Of a DNA stretch of 32,000 nt, positions 27,124 to 32,000 are shown piece after piece. Made by a program: the position numbers and the translations under genes. The stretch comes from an uncultured Candidatus Saccharimonas sp. (lineage in GTDB: Bacteria; Patescibacteriota; Saccharimonadia; Saccharimonadales; Saccharimonadaceae). A model generated the notes under the pieces. It worked only from the letters and a program-made list of their open reading frames with translations. It made no database searches and was not told where the DNA came from. The DNA is taken from NCBI GenBank assembly GCA_963528875.1, contig CAURWT010000003.1, positions 90,001-122,000 on the forward strand, in the 5' to 3' direction. Every line of letters begins with the position of its first letter. Within the stretch, counting starts at the first letter, position 1.

Positions 27124-28269
27124 TTGGACGATTTTAAATATTTGCCAGAAAATGCTCATTATTTTGATTCGGCGTGCCAATCTTTGCGACCGCAACCAGT
27201 TTTAGACGCTTTAAATGATTACTATTTAAATTTTAACTCTTGTGGAGAGCGTGTAAAATATGCTTGGGGTAGAAAAGCCGATAAAAAGGTTGAAGAAACT
27301 CGCGAGGCGGTTTTAGATTTGTTAAAGCTAAAAGAAAAAGATTATTTTGTGAGCTTTACGCTTAACACAACCTATGGTTTAAATTTGTTGCTCTCGCAGC
27401 TTGAATTACCCGTTTCGAAAGTGATAACTAGTGAGATTGAACATAATTCGGTTTTTCTTTCAACGATTGAATTCGCTAAAAAACACCAAATTGAACGAAT
27501 CGTGCTTGAGCGTGAAGAAGATGGATCGATTTCACTCGAAAATGATTTTTCGAAAGCCTTGGTTGTGGTTAATGCGGCTTCAAATATTGATGGAAGGCGA
27601 CTTGAAAACATTAAAGATTTGGTAAAGAAAATTAAAAAACAAGGCGGATTTGTAATTATTGATGCCGCACAAGCGTTAGGTTCAAGCTACGAATTACTCC
27701 AAAAAGTTCCAGCCGATGCAATCATTTCAAGCGCGCACAAGATGTATTCGGCAAGCCTTGGAATTATGGTTGTGCGAAAAGATTTTGCAAAATTTATAAA
27801 AACTTCTTTTGTTGGTGGTGGAATGGTTTCGGGCGTTTCGAAAGAATCTTATGAAGTATTAGACGGCGAGCATATTCATACGCTTTTCGAGCCAGGGCTT
27901 CAAGCTTGGGGTGAAATTATTGCTTTAAAAACAGCAATTGATTGGTTGAAAAAACAAAAGAAAACTTCACGAGTTGATGAGTTTTCAAAAGATATTTTTG
28001 AGTTTTTAAAAAACCAAAATGGCGTTAATATTTTAAATAAAAAGCCGGCTCCTGTGATTAGTTTTTACCACGACAAGCTTGATGCGCACTTGATTGCACA
28101 AGCTTTGAGCGATGAAGGAATTATGGTGCGAAGTGGTTATTTTTGTGCGCATTATTATTTAAAAGAAGTTCGAAAACTGCCACATTTAGTACGAATTTCA
28201 ATTGGCTTACATAATACTGAAGCTGATGTTGTGAAATTAAAAGAAGTTTTGGAAAGGATTTTTAGCTAA
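27124..28269 (+). CDS. Class V aminotransferase / cysteine desulfurase-like protein
   Basis: 381 aa. The TTG start lies 8 nt after GGAGG. It has the PLP-lysine context SSAHKMYS and the C-terminal catalytic-Cys context VRSGYFCAHY (compare RxGxHCA in SufS/NifS). Confidence 0.75.
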   Translation: MDDFKYLPENAHYFDSACQSLRPQPVLDALNDYYLNFNSCGERVKYAWGRKADKKVEETREAVLDLLKLKEKDYFVSFTLNTTYGLNLLLSQLELPVSKVITSEIEHNSVFLSTIEFAKKHQIERIVLEREEDGSISLENDFSKALVVVNAASNIDGRRLENIKDLVKKIKKQGGFVIIDAAQALGSSYELLQKVPADAIISSAHKMYSASLGIMVVRKDFAKFIKTSFVGGGMVSGVSKESYEVLDGEHIHTLFEPGLQAWGEIIALKTAIDWLKKQKKTSRVDEFSKDIFEFLKNQNGVNILNKKPAPVISFYHDKLDAHLIAQALSDEGIMVRSGYFCAHYYLKEVRKLPHLVRISIGLHNTEADVVKLKEVLERIFS

Positions 28270-29348
28270 TGATTTGTATTGCTGCGTTTATAGTTTTGCT
28301 AATTATTTGGTTATTTACACCCGCTTTAAAGATTTTTGGCTTTAAAAAACAAGCGAAATCAATTAATCAAATATTTAAAAAATCAATGCATTGTTTCTCG
28401 CGAAGAGTAACTTTGCGCGCTTGTGATTCGAATTTTAAAGATGAAATTAAAAATTCAATTCTTCGAAAAATAATCGTAAAGCACAAAAAATGGGTAAAAC
28501 CAGTTTCTTGGGCGATTGAGGCAGTGGCCGGCTTGATTGTTCTAATTACAATTTGGTCTGTTCTAACAGTAATTAAATCAGCTTTAGCACTATTTGTTTT
28601 TGGAACTTGTGATATTCAACGGCCGGCTTCTTGTGCACTAAATTCAACCGAGGCTTGCTCAATTGATGGCGGAAATACTGAAAATCCAATAGTTTCATGG
28701 TTTACGGATTGGGGGCAAATCTTTAATGCGATGCCTGCAAAATTTCGAAATTGGAATGCTCAAGATTATGTTGTAAAAAATTCAACTTATCGTGGTGAGT
28801 TCTCTAATGAAGTTTCGAAAGATGCGAGCGTGGCGATTGATATTTTTGACCCTGGTTGTATTGTTTGTCGGCGCTCATTTATAAATCAGAAAAATAGCGG
28901 ATTCTTTAAAAATCATAAAACCCATCTCTTACCATATCCGATTGATGGAAAGTTTAAAAATTCTGAGTTGATTTCGAAATATCTTGAAGCTGTTCGAGGA
29001 ATTCAACCTGAAAATGGTAAGAAGATTTCGGCTGAATGGATGATTATTGAGAAGATTTTTACTGAAAAGGATGGAAAAGGAGCTTTATTCCAAGAGAAGT
29101 TTAATGGCGAAAATCAAACTTCAACAACGGCGGAGGAAACTGAGAAGATTTTGCAAAGCTGGCTGAAAGATGCGGGTTATTCAGATATGCAAGTTGAGGA
29201 AATTTCGAAAAAAGCTAAAAGTGATGAAATCCAGAAGCGTATTAAAGAGAATATTCGAGTTGTAAATGAAGAAATTAAGACGAAGAGCATTCCGACTTTG
29301 ATTTATGAAAACCAGAGACACGAGGGTTTATATAAAGTTTCGAAATAA
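28269..29348 (+). CDS. Membrane-anchored thioredoxin-fold (DsbA-like) protein
   Basis: 359 aa. Two N-terminal TM helices are followed by a Cys-rich loop (GTCDIQRPASCALNSTEAC). The thioredoxin-type domain has CxxC (DPGCIVCRR) and a cis-Pro-like IPTLIY near the C-terminus. The start overlaps the upstream stop (TAATG). Confidence 0.5.
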   Translation: MICIAAFIVLLIIWLFTPALKIFGFKKQAKSINQIFKKSMHCFSRRVTLRACDSNFKDEIKNSILRKIIVKHKKWVKPVSWAIEAVAGLIVLITIWSVLTVIKSALALFVFGTCDIQRPASCALNSTEACSIDGGNTENPIVSWFTDWGQIFNAMPAKFRNWNAQDYVVKNSTYRGEFSNEVSKDASVAIDIFDPGCIVCRRSFINQKNSGFFKNHKTHLLPYPIDGKFKNSELISKYLEAVRGIQPENGKKISAEWMIIEKIFTEKDGKGALFQEKFNGENQTSTTAEETEKILQSWLKDAGYSDMQVEEISKKAKSDEIQKRIKENIRVVNEEIKTKSIPTLIYENQRHEGLYKVSK

Positions 29349-29363
29349 TTTTTATAAAACCTC

Positions 29364-29392
29364 TTTACAAAATATTGAAGATTAGGTATAAT
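29364..29392 (+). promoter_or_regulatory. Promoter of tuf (monocistronic)
   Basis: TTTACA (29364-29369), 17 nt spacer, TATAAT (29387-29392). Confidence 0.55.
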
Positions 29393-29400
29393 TATAGGTA

Positions 29401-29444
29401 GCGTCGCGTCGTGTGTTTTGCTAAAACAGTGACTCGTGCGACGC
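29401..29444 (+). promoter_or_regulatory. GC-rich 5'-terminal leader hairpin of tuf
   Basis: The outer stem is GCGTCGC (29401-29407) / GCGACGC (29438-29444). The inner stem is TGTTTT (29414-29419) / AAAACA (29423-29428). It starts within a few nt of the predicted TSS. Confidence 0.45.
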
Positions 29445-29480
29445 GCATAATATTATTAATAAAAGGAGAAATTCTAAAAA

Positions 29481-30664
29481 TGGCAGAATTTGACCGCTCA
29501 AAGCCACACGTAAACGTTGGTACAATGGGACACGTTGACCACGGTAAAACAACTCTTACTGCGGCTATCACAGCAGTTCTTGCAAAACGACTTCCATCGG
29601 AAGTTAACAAACCAATCGCGTACGATCAAATCGACAACGCACCAGAAGAAAAAGCTCGTGGTATTACGATTGCTTCTTCTCACCAAGAATATGAATCAAA
29701 AAACCGACACTATGCTCACGTTGACATGCCTGGACACGCAGACTATGTTAAAAACATGATTACTGGTGCCGCTCAGGTTGATGGTGCTGTTCTTGTGATT
29801 GCAGCTACAGATGGTCCTATGCCACAAACTCGTGAACACGTTCTTTTGGCAAAACAAGTTGGTGTGCCTAAGATTGTTGTTTTCTTGAACAAAATGGATA
29901 TGGCTGACGAAGAACTTGTTGAATTGATTGAAATGGATGTTCGTGAACTTCTTTCAGCTAATGGATTTGACGGCGACAACGCTCCAATCATCAAAGGTTC
30001 AGCTCTTAAAGCTCTTGAAGGTGATGAAAAATACGAAGACGCTATTATGGAATTGGTTGATGCTATGGATACATACATCGAAGAACCAGTTCGTGATATG
30101 GACAAACCATTCTTGATGCCTATCGAAGACGTTTTCTCAATCAAAGGTCGTGGTACAGTTGCTACAGGACGAATCGAACAAGGTGTTGTTAAACTTAACG
30201 ACGAAGTTGAAATTGTTGGTTTGAAAGATTCACAAAAAACTGTTGTTACAGGTATTGAAGCTTTCAAAAAATCTCTTGATCAAGGTCAAGCAGGTGACAA
30301 CGCTGGTCTTCTTCTTCGAGGTATTGATCGAGATCAAATCGAACGTGGACAGGTTATTGCTGCTCCTGGCACAATTACTCCACACACAGAATTTGAAGCT
30401 GAAGTTTACATCTTGAAGAAAGATGAAGGTGGACGACACACTCCATTCTCAAAGGGTTATAAACCACAATTCTACTTCCGAACAACTGACGTTACTGGTG
30501 AAGTTGAACTTCCAGCTGATAAAGAAATGGTTATGCCTGGTGACAATGTAACTTTCAAAGTTAAATTGCAAGCACCTATTGCTATGGAACAAGGTTTGAA
30601 CTTTGCTATCCGTGAAGGTGGACGAACTGTTGGTGCTGGTGTTGTTACAAACATCATCAAATAA
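29481..30664 (+). CDS. tuf: Translation elongation factor Tu
   Basis: The ATG at 29481 follows [33 protein letters not shown] is the canonical EF-Tu N-terminus. DMPGHADY and NKMD are present. The GTG at 29411 in the ORF track would add a non-homologous extension that covers the leader hairpin. Confidence 0.97.
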
Positions 30665-30680
30665 TAGTTTATGGTTCATG

Positions 30681-30712
30681 AAAACACTCCGATAAGGAGT
30701 GTTTTTATTTTG
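30681..30712 (+). terminator. Rho-independent terminator after tuf
   Basis: Perfect 10-bp stem AAAACACTCC (30681-30690) / GGAGTGTTTT (30696-30705), loop GATAA, then a T-rich tail. Confidence 0.8.
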
Positions 30713-30752
30713 GTTAAAATAATTAAATTTGTTGTTATTTTAACCGAAAGCA

Positions 30753-30761
30753 TGATATAAT
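30753..30761 (+). promoter_or_regulatory. Extended -10 element of uppP
   Basis: TGaTATAAT (30753-30761) with a possible -35 TTGTTA (30732-30737). The ATG at 30771 is 9 nt downstream and has no SD. Confidence 0.4.
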
Positions 30762-30770
30762 ATTAGAGTT

Positions 30771-31598
30771 ATGGATATTTTGGAACTGTTTAAAATTGTT
30801 ATAGTTAGTATAATTGAAGGTGTTACCGAATGGCTGCCTATTTCAAGTACTGGCCACATACTACTATTTGACGAATTTGCCAAGCTTAATTTTTCAAGTG
30901 AGTTTAAGTCTGTATTTATGGTTGTCATCCAGCTTGGAGCTATAATGGCAGTTATTTTTACTTATTGGTCTAATTTAAATCCTTTTGATAAACATAAGAA
31001 TCGTCGTGAAAAAAAGAATACAATTGAATTATGGAAAAAAATATTAATTGGTGCAGTTCCTGCGGGAGTTATGGGAATACTATTTAATAATTTTATAGAA
31101 AAATATTTCGAAAATATGTGGGTTATTTCGGCAATGCTGATTGTTTATGGCATTTTGTTCATTATTATAGAACAGTTTCGAAAAAATAAAAATATAAAGA
31201 CAAAAATTGAAAGCTTTGAAGAAATGACTTATTTAGATGCACTTAAAATTGGTGGATACCAAATTTTAGCACTCATCCCTGGAACTTCTCGAAGCGGATC
31301 AACAATAATTGGTGGGTTATTGACGGGGGTTTCGAGAAAAATTGCGGTAGAATTTTCATTTTTTATGGGCATTCCTATTATGTTAGGGTCGAGTGCTCTT
31401 AAGATTATTAAACATGGCTTTAAATATTCTAATACTGAGATTTTCTACCTATCAGTTGCCTTAATTTTAACGTTTATCGTTTCAATGTTTGTTATAAAGT
31501 CTCTGGTTAACTATCTTAAGGATAATGATTTTCGAATGTTTGGTTGGTATAGAATTTTATTAGCAATATTAATAGTTGGGTATTTTTTAATTAAATAG
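30771..31598 (+). CDS. uppP: Undecaprenyl-diphosphate phosphatase
   Basis: 275 aa polytopic membrane protein with EGVTEWLPISSTGH and PGTSRSGSTI, the BacA/UppP signature motifs. Confidence 0.9.
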   Translation: MDILELFKIVIVSIIEGVTEWLPISSTGHILLFDEFAKLNFSSEFKSVFMVVIQLGAIMAVIFTYWSNLNPFDKHKNRREKKNTIELWKKILIGAVPAGVMGILFNNFIEKYFENMWVISAMLIVYGILFIIIEQFRKNKNIKTKIESFEEMTYLDALKIGGYQILALIPGTSRSGSTIIGGLLTGVSRKIAVEFSFFMGIPIMLGSSALKIIKHGFKYSNTEIFYLSVALILTFIVSMFVIKSLVNYLKDNDFRMFGWYRILLAILIVGYFLIK

Positions 31599-31628
31599 GA
31601 ATTGAATCTTTAAATAAGATTGAAAGTA

Positions 31629-31637
31629 TGGTAAAAT
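31629..31637 (+). promoter_or_regulatory. Extended -10 element of secY
   Basis: TGgTAAAAT (31629-31637). The ATG at 31645 is 8 nt after the -10 and has no SD. Confidence 0.4.
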
Positions 31638-31644
31638 AGTTATT

Positions 31645-32000
31645 ATGAATTGGAAAATAATAGTTAAATCGATGAAAAATAAAGATATGCAAAAGCGTGT
31701 CTTTGGAGTGGTTGGTCTTTTAATAATTTTTAGATTCTTGGCGCATGTGCCAATTCCTCTTGCTAATGCGGGAAACTTGAAAGAGGTTGTTGAATCTGCC
31801 ATTAAGAGCACTGATTTAGGAGGATTTATTAATCTGCTAACTGGTGGTGCTTTGACAAGCTTTTCAATTATGCTTGTTGGTCTAAGCCCATTTATTACTG
31901 CCTCAATTATTACTCAGTTAATGACAAAAGCTATCCCATCACTAGAAGAATTAAATAATGATGGCGAGTCTGGTCGACGAAAGATTAATCAATGGACGCG
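31645..32000 (+). CDS. secY: Preprotein translocase subunit SecY (5' part; continues beyond the window)
   Basis: It is not in the ORF track because no stop falls in the window. Translation: MNWKIIVKSMKNKDMQKRVFGVVGLLIIFRFLAHVPIPLANAG...GGALTSFSIMLVGLSPFITASIITQLMT...GESGRRKINQWT, the canonical SecY N-terminus. Confidence 0.9.
   Translation, partial: MNWKIIVKSMKNKDMQKRVFGVVGLLIIFRFLAHVPIPLANAGNLKEVVESAIKSTDLGGFINLLTGGALTSFSIMLVGLSPFITASIITQLMTKAIPSLEELNNDGESGRRKINQWT

Noticed and set aside
29411-29480. The GTG start at 29411 in the ORF track, which would give tuf a 23-aa N-terminal extension.
   Set aside because: The extension ([23 protein letters not shown]) is not EF-Tu-like and overlaps the leader hairpin. 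The ATG at 29481 has a proper SD and yields the canonical [11 protein letters not shown]-terminus.
1-32000. A search for tRNA/rRNA genes, CRISPR repeats, IS-element terminal inverted repeats, and a retron or group II intron signature.
   Set aside because: Intergenic regions are short and are explained by promoters, leaders and terminators. I saw no T-loop-like GGTTCGAATCC context outside coding sequence, no regularly spaced direct repeats, and no reverse transcriptase or transposase ORF. Absence is judged by eye only.

Overview
This is a low-GC bacterial chromosome segment. Gene content and style suggest a small-genome Patescibacteria/CPR-like or Gram-positive-type organism, but that taxonomy is only a guess. 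Most of it is + strand housekeeping: the 3' end of rnj, recG, nusA, a GalU-like nucleotidyltransferase, ogt (- strand), clpC-clpP behind a perfect CIRCE operator, rpoB-rpoC, a DUF3592 protein with rnhA, fusA, tuf, uppP and the 5' end of secY. I saw no rRNA, tRNA, CRISPR array, transposase or integrase.

The main accessory signal lies between fusA and tuf, which are normally adjacent but here are separated by about 9 kb. The first ~3.7 kb after fusA (about 20470-24170) is much more AT-rich than its flanks. It almost lacks the TTCGAA hexamer that litters the native genes. It carries a self-contained operon with its own promoter and terminator:
- a truncated nuclease-like mini-ORF;
- a DUF1837/HamA-like PD-(D/E)xK protein;
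- a Ski2/Hel308-like SF2 helicase with atypical motifs (DEVY in place of DExH, no SAT).

I read this as a divergent Hachiman-like anti-phage module. It is followed by a frameshift-riddled gene remnant. Next comes a Bacteroidota-style HU-like gene behind a ~200 nt repeat- and palindrome-rich leader.

Other points of interest:
- CIRCE control of clpC-clpP;
- several apparently leaderless genes;
- a 20-22 nt leader motif shared by two unrelated genes;
- an unannotated 46-aa ORF;
- roughly 10-fold, frame-independent over-representation of TTCGAA;
- dispersal of rpoBC, fusA, tuf and secY with no ribosomal-protein genes nearby.

All motif coordinates and counts were made by hand from the sequence. 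Family assignments come from remembered motifs, not from searches.
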